A stretch of 45,206 nucleotides of DNA from Escherichia phage Envy. The notes beneath the pieces are model-generated. The model worked only from the letters and a program-made list of their open reading frames with translations, ran no database searches and had not been told where the DNA came from. Within the stretch, counting starts at the first letter, position 1; each line of letters starts with the position of its first letter. Where the stretch lies: sequence record NC_031081.1. One strand, 5' to 3'. Shown piece by piece: positions 28,292-37,522 of this stretch. Position numbers and translations under genes: made by a program.

Positions 28292-28996
28292 TTACTCGTC
28301 GTCGCCCATCTTAGCGATGATTTCACCTGCCTGTTTCGTAAGGTCAGTGATACCGAAGCTGTGGCCCATAGTGATTTTCGACTTCACATCTTCGACAACC
28401 TGCGTCGGTTTGCTAGGCGCGCCACCGGCTGGCGTGCCAGCCAGGACGGATGCAAAATCGGCGTTATTACGGAACTCTTTTTCAAGCTCTTCCATAGTCA
28501 GCGCGGACGGTTTGCCATCCTGCAAGACACGCACTTTCAAGCTGCCGTCTTCGCCGTCTTCCAGCGTCAGGCGGTCCATTACGTGGCGTTGCATGATGCC
28601 CGCATTCTTACCGAATAGCTTCGATGCCAGGTCTTTGGCAGCGCTGCCGATGGTTAGATCGTGGATCTGCTTGCGGTAGGCTTCGATTTTTCCCGATGTG
28701 TCTGCTTCGTGTTTCGCAAACTTATCCTTCCAGGACTTGTCGATCGCTTCGAGGTCGCCATTTTTGCGCGCGGCGGCTTCCTCTTTCTCTTTCGCAAGGC
28801 GCTCAGCTTCGGCGCGGCGTTCAGCTTCTGCTTTCTTCTCGCTCACCAGCTTCGCGTTGTTGTCTTTCAGACCCTTGATTTCCGCCTGTACTTCTTCTGC
28901 GGTCATGAACGTTGACTTATACCCGTCACCATCGGCAACAAAAAGCGCCTTCATACCTTCCGGCAACGCGTCATATTCTGCTTTAGTAAGTTTCAT
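28292..28996 (-). CDS. capsid scaffolding protein
   Basis: about 234 aa from internal ATG with AGGGGGA RBS; coiled coil EKKAEAERRAEAERLAKEKEEAAARK. Confidence 0.6.
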   Translation of the reverse strand: MKLTKAEYDALPEGMKALFVADGDGYKSTFMTAEEVQAEIKGLKDNNAKLVSEKKAEAERRAEAERLAKEKEEAAARKNGDLEAIDKSWKDKFAKHEADTSGKIEAYRKQIHDLTIGSAAKDLASKLFGKNAGIMQRHVMDRLTLEDGEDGSLKVRVLQDGKPSALTMEELEKEFRNNADFASVLAGTPAGGAPSKPTQVVEDVKSKITMGHSFGITDLTKQAGEIIAKMGDDE

Positions 28997-29086
28997 GCTA
29001 TCCCCCTGGGATTGTGGCAGAGCAGGCCACCCGCTCGACTTCACGCTTCTAATATTATCAGCGATAAAAATAATCGCAAAATTCGC

Positions 29087-29116
29087 TTGCAATCCTCGTA
29101 TTGGTTGCACTATATT
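29087..29116 (+). promoter_or_regulatory. sigma70-like promoter (TTGCAA-18-TATATT) followed by operator-like palindrome TTGGT-tgcac-ACCAA (29116-29130)
   Basis: -10 plus leader shares about 23 identical nt with promoter at 39245..39273. Confidence 0.5.
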
Positions 29117-29145
29117 GGTTGCACACCAACAACGAGGACACACAA

Positions 29146-29910
29146 ATGAGACTGACGAAAGACATTAAAAACCAGATTCTGGCTAACATCCTGCGCGACC
29201 ACGAAATCGCGACCGAAGCCAAATCAATCATGATGGACTCTCGAAATCTGGCGTACGCCATTACGCTGGACTGTATGCCGGAAGGCATTCGCACTTTCGC
29301 CGAGCTACTCTCGCGCATTAAAGCAATCGGCGATGACCCGTCGCAGATGTACGGAGTAAGCGTATACACCAACAAGGCGACGTATAGACATGACGACGAC
29401 AACCCATATGGTATAGGCAGCGTTTACGACGCCACTTTCGAAATCAACGCAGGCGGAAACGTCCGTACCGTGTCATTGAGCGGAGACGGATACCGATTCC
29501 GAGTACATCGAGGATACTGGGAGTATAAATACATGAATAAACTATCCCCCGATCTCGGCGATATTGTGCCAGGGTATGAGGAAATTTTGTTAGCGTCAGT
29601 GTGCGAAGTCGACGACGACGGGAAAGCGCTGCCGATATATAAGCCACGCGGTCGTATAGACTACCCGGCGGGTCATGATTTCTGCAAGCGCCTGGACCGT
29701 AACGACAAGGCCCGCCGTGAGTTGCGTGCTAAGTATGACGCGTTCAAACTAACTGTTACCGGCGTGCTGGATATGCACAATACAGATAAGAAGCTGATCA
29801 AGGCGTGGCCTGAAGTTGAACAGTTCATTCCTTACCCGGACAAGCCGAAGTCCACGGCGGTGGCGCTGGACGTGAAAACACTAAACGAGATTTGCGGTAT
29901 TCCGCGCTAA
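29146..29910 (+). CDS. hypothetical protein (254 aa); opposite-strand insertion in the head gene module
   Basis: GAGGA RBS; own promoter and terminator. Confidence 0.6.
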   Translation: MRLTKDIKNQILANILRDHEIATEAKSIMMDSRNLAYAITLDCMPEGIRTFAELLSRIKAIGDDPSQMYGVSVYTNKATYRHDDDNPYGIGSVYDATFEINAGGNVRTVSLSGDGYRFRVHRGYWEYKYMNKLSPDLGDIVPGYEEILLASVCEVDDDGKALPIYKPRGRIDYPAGHDFCKRLDRNDKARRELRAKYDAFKLTVTGVLDMHNTDKKLIKAWPEVEQFIPYPDKPKSTAVALDVKTLNEICGIPR

Positions 29911-29913
29911 CGA

Positions 29914-29945
29914 AAAGGGGGCCATCACGGCCCCCGAATTATTTT
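29914..29945. terminator. bidirectional rho-independent terminator
   Basis: GGGGGCC-atcac-GGCCCCC then GAATTATTTT. Confidence 0.65.
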
Positions 29946-30155
29946 CTGCAACTCCAGCACTTGCGCCCGCAGCTTCGCACCACACTCCATATTCTTAACA
30001 TCAACCAGCAAGTCTTCGTCTGGATCTGCCGAGGCATTCTCAAAGGTGCAAGGCGGTCTATAGACCGACTCGGTTAGCGGCATCAATGGCGCTTTGCTTG
30101 ATCCGCACGCGCTCAGCATCAAAACTGCAATCAGGACGGTTAGGACGCGTAACAT
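29925..30155 (-). CDS. outer-membrane spanin (Rz1-like lipoprotein)
   Basis: MLRVLTVLIAVLMLSAC lipobox, Pro-rich mature part; overlaps i-spanin 3' end in another frame. Confidence 0.55.
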   Translation of the reverse strand: MLRVLTVLIAVLMLSACGSSKAPLMPLTESVYRPPCTFENASADPDEDLLVDVKNMECGAKLRAQVLELQKIIRGP

Positions 30156-30396
30156 ATTTCACAACCTCTTTCGTGATAGTCCGGTATTCCACATCGCGGG
30201 CTTGCTCAGCCTTCACTGCCCCCTCGACAACCTTAGTTTGCTGCCGTTGGGCTTTCGCTTGCGCTTCTTGCGCCGCTCTCGCCTCAACGCCAGTGCGGTA
30301 GGAATAACCCTGCCAGAATCCAACCGCCAGACCTATAACCAGTCCGATCGCCGCGTATTTAATCACGCCATAGCCCCCTGTTTTTAAGCTGCGCAA
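30058..30396 (-). CDS. inner-membrane spanin (Rz-like)
   Basis: N-terminal TM segment then coiled-coil periplasmic domain; overlapped by o-spanin. Confidence 0.55.
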   Translation of the reverse strand: MRSLKTGGYGVIKYAAIGLVIGLAVGFWQGYSYRTGVEARAAQEAQAKAQRQQTKVVEGAVKAEQARDVEYRTITKEVVKYVTRPNRPDCSFDAERVRIKQSAIDAANRVGL

Positions 30397-31462
30397 TAGT
30401 CATTAGTTCGCCCGTATCGGTGAACATCTTCGGCACTTTCACGCCTCGCATAATCTGGTCGGCGCGTTGCACCCCGTATAATTCTTCCAGGATATGGCGC
30501 GGCTGGCGCTGCACCCAGGAGAAGAAATCAGTCTGCGCGTCGACCTGCTCACTCAGCAATCGGCCCGCGTCAGCCTTCAGTGCCGGACGCTTACCACTGG
30601 GCCAATCTTCCATGCCCTTAACTTTCCACGTCTCCGTCGAACGGCAGCAATAATGCAGCTTGCCCGGTCCAGCGCCATATTGTGATCCCGCCACCACTTT
30701 CCCGCCGCGTTTTCCTTTGGTGTCGGGAGTGACGTCAACAGGATAAAACAGGCGATCGCGTAGCTGGCACATAGGGGAAGTATGAGTGTCCAATGTGGAC
30801 AACCATTGGCGACCTTCGAGAATATCGTCATTAGCTTTCACCATTAATTCGCGGGCGGTCGCCGCATAGTGGTTGACTGCGGACTTAACAACGCTTGAGA
30901 TTGCTTGCGCACTACGACCGCCGAGCGCGCGCCTCACGTCCGCGATAATTTCCATAGTCGGCTTGCCCTGGATGAATCCGGCGCGCACCTGATTGCCGAT
31001 CTGCGTCCTTGTCCACTCTGAAAGTGAATCCGGCCATTGCATCATGGTGTTACCCTGGAACGGGTTTTTCATCGCAGTCGCTGCGATCTGCGCGCCTGTT
31101 ACTACACCCACCACCTCGACCGCAGGTACGGCGACCACCGGCTGGATCGCTGCCGTTAATGTGTCGGCGAGATAATCGGCCTCGGTGTCGGCAAACTCCT
31201 GAAGGCTTTCAGCCAGCGCCTTAAACTCGGTGCGCAGTTCTGTTTTAACGGTCTTGTCGAGTTGCGTTAACAGAGTGGTAAGTGCCTTGTTGTTCATGGA
31301 CTTTTCGCCATCAAGTAACTCGGTCAGCTTACCCAGTAACGTGGGCCGGAACTTCGCCCACATAGCCAGCACCCGCCGCGCCTGGTCATTGCTCAGGCGC
31401 TGGGTGAAGATGTGACGACGGATCATGCGATCCGCCATATGTTGATTAATCGTTCTCGCCAT
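30359..31462 (-). CDS. head morphogenesis protein (Mu F / SPP1 gp7-like)
   Basis: QWLSTLDTHTSPMCQLRDRLFYP matches Mu-F signature; directly after portal gene. Confidence 0.7.
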   Translation of the reverse strand: MARTINQHMADRMIRRHIFTQRLSNDQARRVLAMWAKFRPTLLGKLTELLDGEKSMNNKALTTLLTQLDKTVKTELRTEFKALAESLQEFADTEADYLADTLTAAIQPVVAVPAVEVVGVVTGAQIAATAMKNPFQGNTMMQWPDSLSEWTRTQIGNQVRAGFIQGKPTMEIIADVRRALGGRSAQAISSVVKSAVNHYAATARELMVKANDDILEGRQWLSTLDTHTSPMCQLRDRLFYPVDVTPDTKGKRGGKVVAGSQYGAGPGKLHYCCRSTETWKVKGMEDWPSGKRPALKADAGRLLSEQVDAQTDFFSWVQRQPRHILEELYGVQRADQIMRGVKVPKMFTDTGELMTIAQLKNRGLWRD

Positions 31463-32966
31463 TGTCCGCTACCTTGTCCGGGTCTTCTTCGGTAGATTCT
31501 ACCGCATCAGGGGACATTTGAGGCAATGGATTCTGATTTCGCAATTCGTCTTCCACCTGCTCGACGGTTTGCGAGTCGTCAATGACGCCCTGCGCCATCA
31601 TCCACTTGATGAAGTCAGCAAGTCGGACCGTACCAGTCTGCACACCTGCCATCATCGCGGTCATAAGCTGCGCATCAACCGCGATTTCGGTGTAGAACTT
31701 GTTCAGCGTTACGCGCTGGTCAGCGGTGTCACCCGTGAATAACTGGACGATTTGCAGCGCACGGTTGAAAGCCTTCTCAACGTTACCGGCAATCAGTGAC
31801 AGGATACTGTTATCAGTCTGCGCATCATAGGCCGCCTCGGTTGCCGTCTTAGGTGCGGTCCCCTTCTCGACCAGGGCCGCGCCCAGTTTAGCCATTTGCA
31901 ATTCGCGACGCTCACACAGTGCTACCGACAAGTTTCGCTCCTCCGCCTGGATCAGTTTAGCGTCCATGTTCTGACCAAGAATAACGCCCTTAGTCGCACC
32001 GAGGGCAATGCCTCCCTTCAGGTTCTTGTCAGCCCATGATTGAGTCAAGCCCGTCGCAACCAGGGTAGGCTGGCCCACAATGTGCGCAATCTCGGCGACG
32101 TCTGCTTCGGCGTTGTAGTGCTTAATGTTGATGGATGCGATATCCGCCAGCGGAGCGGCGTCAGGCGTTGCGTTGTTGTCCACAGCACCACACCAGCAAA
32201 ATGGCAGTTGAGTAAGCGCATTACCGTCGGCATCCACCAGCGGCACAAGGTCGGTGCGGGTGAAGCCGCGCGGCAAGTCCATTTGCACTTCTGACGTGTC
32301 TGCGTTGTAAAACCAGCGGCGGGCGTGTGCCGCACCGTTAATCATGCGAAGCTCAGTCCAGATCGTTACTTCGTGGTTTGCGAAATCGTCCGGGTCTTCG
32401 GTGCTGATTTCGTCCGTTTCCTTCAGCACAATTAGCGTATCGACGCCGTGGGTCTGCCGCCAGTTAATGATCTGCTCAGCAGTATACAGGCGGATAAGCG
32501 GGCGATGTGTCGCCATTTCAGCGGCTGTCTGCGGCACTACGTTACCCAGTTCATCAAAGTTAGCCTGGCGGTCGTAGTCCACCATAAAGCCAGCGCGGCC
32601 CGATTGCAGCACTTCAGACATAGCACCGCGCAGGAGTTGTGGCAGTGGCATCCCGCTGCCGTCTACGTCGTCAATCAGGTCAGCCATTGCCCCGGAAAGG
32701 TCCAGACTTACCGGTTTAGCAAAGGCAACGCCTAACAGCGCGTTAAGTGTGCGGGCGGTGGCGTTCAGGAATACAGCGCGTTGCTTGTACGCCTTATACC
32801 GCGCCCGTGCTTTCGGGTCAGTATTGTCGCCACTGGCGGGATGAGGCAGGTACAAGGGGCCGCACGCCTTCACGGCGCGCTCCCCTGCTACACAGTCACG
32901 AATCATTTTCCACTCTGGCGCGATGCGCGCATAGAGAGGGTGCTGGTTGTCAACGTTAACGGTCAT
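31446..32966 (-). CDS. portal protein
   Basis: 506 aa; immediately after TerL; acidic C-terminus. Confidence 0.75.
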   Translation of the reverse strand: MTVNVDNQHPLYARIAPEWKMIRDCVAGERAVKACGPLYLPHPASGDNTDPKARARYKAYKQRAVFLNATARTLNALLGVAFAKPVSLDLSGAMADLIDDVDGSGMPLPQLLRGAMSEVLQSGRAGFMVDYDRQANFDELGNVVPQTAAEMATHRPLIRLYTAEQIINWRQTHGVDTLIVLKETDEISTEDPDDFANHEVTIWTELRMINGAAHARRWFYNADTSEVQMDLPRGFTRTDLVPLVDADGNALTQLPFCWCGAVDNNATPDAAPLADIASINIKHYNAEADVAEIAHIVGQPTLVATGLTQSWADKNLKGGIALGATKGVILGQNMDAKLIQAEERNLSVALCERRELQMAKLGAALVEKGTAPKTATEAAYDAQTDNSILSLIAGNVEKAFNRALQIVQLFTGDTADQRVTLNKFYTEIAVDAQLMTAMMAGVQTGTVRLADFIKWMMAQGVIDDSQTVEQVEDELRNQNPLPQMSPDAVESTEEDPDKVADNGEND

Positions 32967-32976
32967 GGTCGTTTCC

Positions 32977-34362
32977 TTAGTAGAAGTCTACAGTTGGAAC
33001 AACGGCGATCGGACGAATCACTGGGAACAGGTGCGCAATTGGATAGCCCGCGGCATCGTTCATGTGGTCCACACCGGCGGTTTTATCCGGCTCGCCTTTC
33101 TTCAGGTCGTAGACCTGCTGTTCCAGACATTTCGCTAGTGTAGGGCATTTATCCAGGTTGACAAAATACTGGCGCACGCCCTTCGAGTTGCACATCATCG
33201 TATTCATCGCGATCAATCGGTCTTTCACGGGAGGGTTAACGCTGTCATACTCCACCTCGAAGCCCGCGTCTTCCAGTTGCGCGATATCGGACGACGATGC
33301 GTTGACAGTCTTGCGAGACTTGCCGCTGCTATCCGGGTAAACAACAACACGACCGGCAGCACAATGATCGGGGTATCGCTCCTCGATCGCCTCAATCATA
33401 GCCGGGGTATCAAACAGGTCCACAAATTCATCCACTGCGTGAATCTCGTCGCGGAACTCCTTGTTTTCGGTGATGCGCTGCCGTCTGACGTACACGACCG
33501 CCGCCATTTTCGTGACGTTAAAGTCCATACCGATAATCAGCGTGTCGTCCGGCTGCACTTCTTCGGTGCTGGCGTTCTCCTCGCGGTTGAACATCTTGTA
33601 CACCGCGCCCGACGTAAGGTTAACAAACAGGCCGTTCAGGTACGCATCAATCAGGTTAGCCGGGTACTGACTGCGCAGCGTGTCGATAAAGTCTGCCGGT
33701 AGATGGTGGTTGTCGGTGGTCTTCGCCCGGATCAGGCGCTTTTGGCTATCCTTCTCCACCTCGAAGATTTGATACATCGCCCGGTAGCCTTCAGGCGTTG
33801 ACACGATGACGAACTGGCGGACGAAGCCCGCACGCAGACGACCGAGCAATTTGTGATACGCCGCCAGCGCGACGTCTTGCTTAGTAGTGTCGAATTCATC
33901 GGCGACAATCCATGCGGCGTTGACCCCGATCAGGCGGGTATAGTTCTCCATTGATTCACAGATAACGCGGGTCCATTTCCCTTTCACCAGCACGCTATAA
34001 ATCTTGTCCTGCTTATTGAACTTCCACCGGAATCCAGCCTCGTCGAATGCCTTCTCCAGTTCCGGATACATGATTTTAACCAGGAGCGGAATAGTCGGTT
34101 CTGTAACGATGCCGTCATGCCCTGGGTTCAGGGTTAAAAGCTGGATGACCTTACGCGCAGCGACCCACGACTTTCCACCGCCGAAGCCGGAACACAGGCC
34201 GAGGATTTTAGTCTTCGTGTCCCGCAGTAGTTCGACCTGGTGCGGCAGGCAATCAGGCTGGTAAAGACGCACCGCCTGCGCAACGCGTGTCGGGCGCGGT
34301 GGTCGGTTGCGCTTTGCAATCGCGCGCTCAAGTGCGCGGTGTTCTGCCGCATAGTTACGCAT
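32977..34362 (-). CDS. terminase large subunit
   Basis: 461 aa; Walker A-like GFGGGKS; C-terminal nuclease-like region; TAATG coupling with TerS. Confidence 0.9.
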   Translation of the reverse strand: MRNYAAEHRALERAIAKRNRPPRPTRVAQAVRLYQPDCLPHQVELLRDTKTKILGLCSGFGGGKSWVAARKVIQLLTLNPGHDGIVTEPTIPLLVKIMYPELEKAFDEAGFRWKFNKQDKIYSVLVKGKWTRVICESMENYTRLIGVNAAWIVADEFDTTKQDVALAAYHKLLGRLRAGFVRQFVIVSTPEGYRAMYQIFEVEKDSQKRLIRAKTTDNHHLPADFIDTLRSQYPANLIDAYLNGLFVNLTSGAVYKMFNREENASTEEVQPDDTLIIGMDFNVTKMAAVVYVRRQRITENKEFRDEIHAVDEFVDLFDTPAMIEAIEERYPDHCAAGRVVVYPDSSGKSRKTVNASSSDIAQLEDAGFEVEYDSVNPPVKDRLIAMNTMMCNSKGVRQYFVNLDKCPTLAKCLEQQVYDLKKGEPDKTAGVDHMNDAAGYPIAHLFPVIRPIAVVPTVDFY

Positions 34363-34913
34363 TATTCACCCTGGCCTTTACCGGTAGGTTCGACAACGAC
34401 GTCGCCGTTATCATCTTCGTCGTCATCCAGCGGTACATCGTCGCGGACGCCGTGGTTTGCTTTAAGCAGGAACGTAGCGAAGCCCGCCGCGATGGTTACG
34501 CCGCCAGCTTCCATCAGGAAAGTTTTCTGCAACTCCATTGCGTCCGCCATCGCCTCGGCAAACTCCTCATGCGCACGCGCCCAGCGATACAAGCAAGCTA
34601 CGCCCACGCCGATTTCAGCGGCAAATCGGCCGAAGGTTGGCATTTTGTTCCGGGGGATTACTTGCGCAGCGCCTTTATCGGAGTAGTTGACCTGCCATGC
34701 GTCGGCGTCGGCAAAATAGCGGCGAAGCTGGTCGCAGTAAACGGATCGGTAGTCAGTAGGGCGTCCACATTTGCCGCCTTTACGGCGCTTTCCGTACTCG
34801 ATTTCAGGTCCGAGATTGGTGTGCTCGGTTTGCTCGCCTGGTTTACGGCGAGGGGTTACTGCTACTCGTCCGTCCAGTTTGGCGCGTCGGCCCTTAACTT
34901 TAATTTCTGCCAT
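34362..34913 (-). CDS. terminase small subunit
   Basis: about 183 aa from internal ATG (MAEIKV...); KMPTFGRFAAEIGVGVACLYRWARAH helix-turn-helix typical of TerS; acidic tail. Confidence 0.6.
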   Translation of the reverse strand: MAEIKVKGRRAKLDGRVAVTPRRKPGEQTEHTNLGPEIEYGKRRKGGKCGRPTDYRSVYCDQLRRYFADADAWQVNYSDKGAAQVIPRNKMPTFGRFAAEIGVGVACLYRWARAHEEFAEAMADAMELQKTFLMEAGGVTIAAGFATFLLKANHGVRDDVPLDDDEDDNGDVVVEPTGKGQGE

Positions 34914-35043
34914 GATATAAGCCCTTTTGTTCATATGCGCCGACCATCGGCAACATAGGAGACGGCCCTGCCATCTAAGGGGGATTATAACAGGCACAAA
35001 AAAGCCCACCAAATCGGCAGGCTGGGAGGCTTATGGGTTGCCG

Positions 35044-36186
35044 TTACTTCAACATTTCCGGGCTAATGGTTAAGCGCGCTACTTCGCCGTAGTTGGCGCT
35101 ATAGGTGATGACGTTTGCGCTGCGACCGCTCATCCAACCGCCACGACTGGCGTAGGCGTCTTTCGCTGCGAGCGTCCGGTGCTGTTCAACAATCATGTTG
35201 CGGGATTCTACAATCTTCTGGTGGTGCAAGTGGCCTACGTGCGCGTAGCTGTACTCACTGGCCCCGAAAGCCTGTCTGAATTTAGAAATCATGACGGTTT
35301 CGATAGCGTCAAAGCGCGCTTTATGCCCGTGGTGGAAAAATAGCGTGGTCTTGCCGTGCTGCACCATTTTGTAGACGTCCGGGGACGTATCCACATCGAC
35401 GCGCGGCTCGTTCTCGTACAGCGTGTTGAACATCTCAGCCAGCCAAATCATACCCGACTCGTCATGATTTCCCTGGACGATTAGCAGTTTGACTTTGTGG
35501 TGTTTTTGCAGCGCCAGTTCGACTACGTTGCGCACCATGCGAATCATGTAGCGGACCAACTTCTGGTATCTGGTGTCTGCGTCCAGGATGTGACCACTGG
35601 CTGGGGTGACGGCATCGAGGCTATCAAAATGCGCCATATCACCGAGGATATTGATTACGGCAGTTCCTGCGTCTGGTGCGCGGGCGAAGGCTTCGACAAA
35701 CCAGCGGTAAAACAGGTCTTCAGCGATTGCCATATCCCAGTCCTCGCCAGTCTCCTCACCCCATGCCAACATGCCCAGGTGGAAGTCGGACACGGTGTAC
35801 AGGTTGAGTAGGTCAAGTGCCTGGATCGGGACAGGCGGGGCGTTTACTGGCGCTGCCGGTGTGATTTCGCTGTTCATACCCTCGACAACAGCGCGCATAG
35901 CTTCTAGTTGGCGCTCCTTGTCCTGCTCAGTGATAACCCACGACATGACCTCTTCGCCATTGCCGCGTACCAGGGCCGATACGCGCTTAACTCCGAAGCC
36001 ATCAGCAACGCGCTTGCGGATTACAGCGTCATTGCCGTGTCCAATGCCTTTTTTCGACAGGCGGGCTTTCCGCATATAAACATTGCGTAGGGCAATCCCG
36101 TATTTCTTCGCAATATCTTTAACCGTAGTCCCTGCCTGAATTTCTGCGATCAATTGCTCATCGGTAATTTTAGTTTGCGGGTGCAT
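35044..36186 (-). CDS. HTH domain fused to calcineurin-like metallophosphoesterase
   Basis: N-terminal TTVKDIAKKYGIALRNVY HTH; phosphoesterase motifs ILGDMAHFD, LIVQGNHDE, FFHHGH, HVGHLHH. Confidence 0.7.
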   Translation of the reverse strand: MHPQTKITDEQLIAEIQAGTTVKDIAKKYGIALRNVYMRKARLSKKGIGHGNDAVIRKRVADGFGVKRVSALVRGNGEEVMSWVITEQDKERQLEAMRAVVEGMNSEITPAAPVNAPPVPIQALDLLNLYTVSDFHLGMLAWGEETGEDWDMAIAEDLFYRWFVEAFARAPDAGTAVINILGDMAHFDSLDAVTPASGHILDADTRYQKLVRYMIRMVRNVVELALQKHHKVKLLIVQGNHDESGMIWLAEMFNTLYENEPRVDVDTSPDVYKMVQHGKTTLFFHHGHKARFDAIETVMISKFRQAFGASEYSYAHVGHLHHQKIVESRNMIVEQHRTLAAKDAYASRGGWMSGRSANVITYSANYGEVARLTISPEMLK

Positions 36187-36248
36187 ATTTAATTAATTCC
36201 TGATTATGGGGCCAGGGACAATATATCACGGGACTTATCGAGGCGGGC

Positions 36249-36277
36249 AATAAAAAGCCCGGAATTAACCGGGCTTG
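36249..36277 (-). terminator. rho-independent terminator
   Basis: AAGCCCGG-ttaatt-CCGGGCTT then TTTTAT on minus strand. Confidence 0.55.
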
Positions 36278-36281
36278 TGGT

Positions 36282-36443
36282 TTACTCTTCTGGATCTGCG
36301 GGCGGTGGCGGACTCGGCAGCTTCGCGTCAAATACGCCAGCATGACTGATAGTGTCCGCGATAATGGCGCGAGCGCCTGGGTCTTCGGTTTTAGCCAGCG
36401 CGGCGAGCGCGTCCGCATTATGATCAAGAATACTTTTTAACAT
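36282..36443 (-). CDS. small hypothetical protein (about 53 aa), not in ORF track
   Basis: GAGGTGA RBS, ATG just after endolysin stop, ends just before terminator. Confidence 0.35.
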   Translation of the reverse strand: MLKSILDHNADALAALAKTEDPGARAIIADTISHAGVFDAKLPSPPPPADPEE

Positions 36444-36459
36444 ATCGTGTCACCTCGTA

Positions 36460-36951
36460 TTATGCAGCGTTACGACCGATTCGCTCGGCAACGTCCCACT
36501 GCTTACCATCGAATAGCGCTTGCCTGCCGATTGCACGGCGCACCAGACCCTTAAGCACTTCGCCACCTTGCTTGCGGAACTGCGGCAGAGTAGCTCGTAC
36601 CTTCGCCCAGTCGCCCAAGCGCACCGCGTCGTCGAAGTCATTGGCAATATGGTCCGGTACGATCGGACCTTGACCTGCATTGATAACCAGGTCCACCAGC
36701 GCGTCGAATTGCGCCTGGTTAATGCTCTTATGCGCGTATTTGTTCACCCAGTCCTCAGCATACGCCACATCGCGCTTAAGTAGCTCCAGCGCTTCCGCGC
36801 GGGTAATGCTTCGAGGCGGGTTAGTGCCGGTGTGACCATAGCCCCAGGTATACAGGCCGCGGGCCTGCTCTTTCTTAGTCGCAAAATACGGCACTGGGCT
36901 GAATTGCTCCCATGCTGCCGTGAATCGTAGACCGTTGTCACTGAATCGCAT
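36460..36951 (-). CDS. endolysin (phage lysozyme, GH24-like)
   Basis: E...GLYTWGYGHTG and QAQFDALVDLVINAG motifs typical of lambda R / T4 e-type lysozymes. Confidence 0.7.
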   Translation of the reverse strand: MRFSDNGLRFTAAWEQFSPVPYFATKKEQARGLYTWGYGHTGTNPPRSITRAEALELLKRDVAYAEDWVNKYAHKSINQAQFDALVDLVINAGQGPIVPDHIANDFDDAVRLGDWAKVRATLPQFRKQGGEVLKGLVRRAIGRQALFDGKQWDVAERIGRNAA

Positions 36952-37183
36952 GTTTTACCCCATTCAAAACAGCATTACGCAGCGTGCGCAATGCAAACAG
37001 CCAGATTAACGCGGTCCAGGTGGTGTCTGATACGTCTCCTGTTTGCAACAATCCGATAACGCAGATCATCGCCGTTAGCAGATATAACACCCGGCCTAAA
37101 ATGCCATCCTGGATGGACGGCGCATACACGTTAAACAGGGACGAAGCCCCTATGATAACAAACAACAGGACGGAGATAATCAT
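36938..37183 (-). CDS. holin-like membrane protein
   Basis: 81 aa with about 3 hydrophobic helices; overlaps endolysin start. Confidence 0.5.
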   Translation of the reverse strand: MIISVLLFVIIGASSLFNVYAPSIQDGILGRVLYLLTAMICVIGLLQTGDVSDTTWTALIWLFALRTLRNAVLNGVKHAIQ

Positions 37184-37470
37184 TTTGCGCCCCCCGGAAG
37201 TCGGAACGACTCAATAGTCTCCCTGATCCGGGCGGCTATTGGCATCCAGAAGATTGCAGTTACGAAGCCCAAACCGGCGACAGTGCGCTCGCCAGATAAG
37301 CCGGCCCACTCGGCGATAGCTGGCGCACCAAATATGGCACACAGGAAGCCAACTACGATATATAAAACGAAGTTTAGCGGCCCTTTCGTAGCCTCGCCAT
37401 GAATGCGTGCGCCTACGAAGCCGCCAGCCAGACACGCAAGGGCGAATAACCACTCGTTTAGCTTATCCAT
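37180..37470 (-). CDS. holin-like membrane protein
   Basis: 96 aa with 2-3 hydrophobic helices; ATGA overlap with next gene. Confidence 0.5.
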   Translation of the reverse strand: MDKLNEWLFALACLAGGFVGARIHGEATKGPLNFVLYIVVGFLCAIFGAPAIAEWAGLSGERTVAGLGFVTAIFWMPIAARIRETIESFRLPGGAK

Positions 37471-37522
37471 AAAAAAGTCCCAGTAAGTTTTAGCTCACTG
37501 GGACTATATCACGCTTGCATAA

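Noticed and set aside
36170-36427. Track ORF 36170..36427 (-), 85 aa
   Set aside because: Contains a terminator hairpin (36249-36277) and lacks an RBS; a different-frame 53-aa ORF with strong RBS ending before the terminator fits better.
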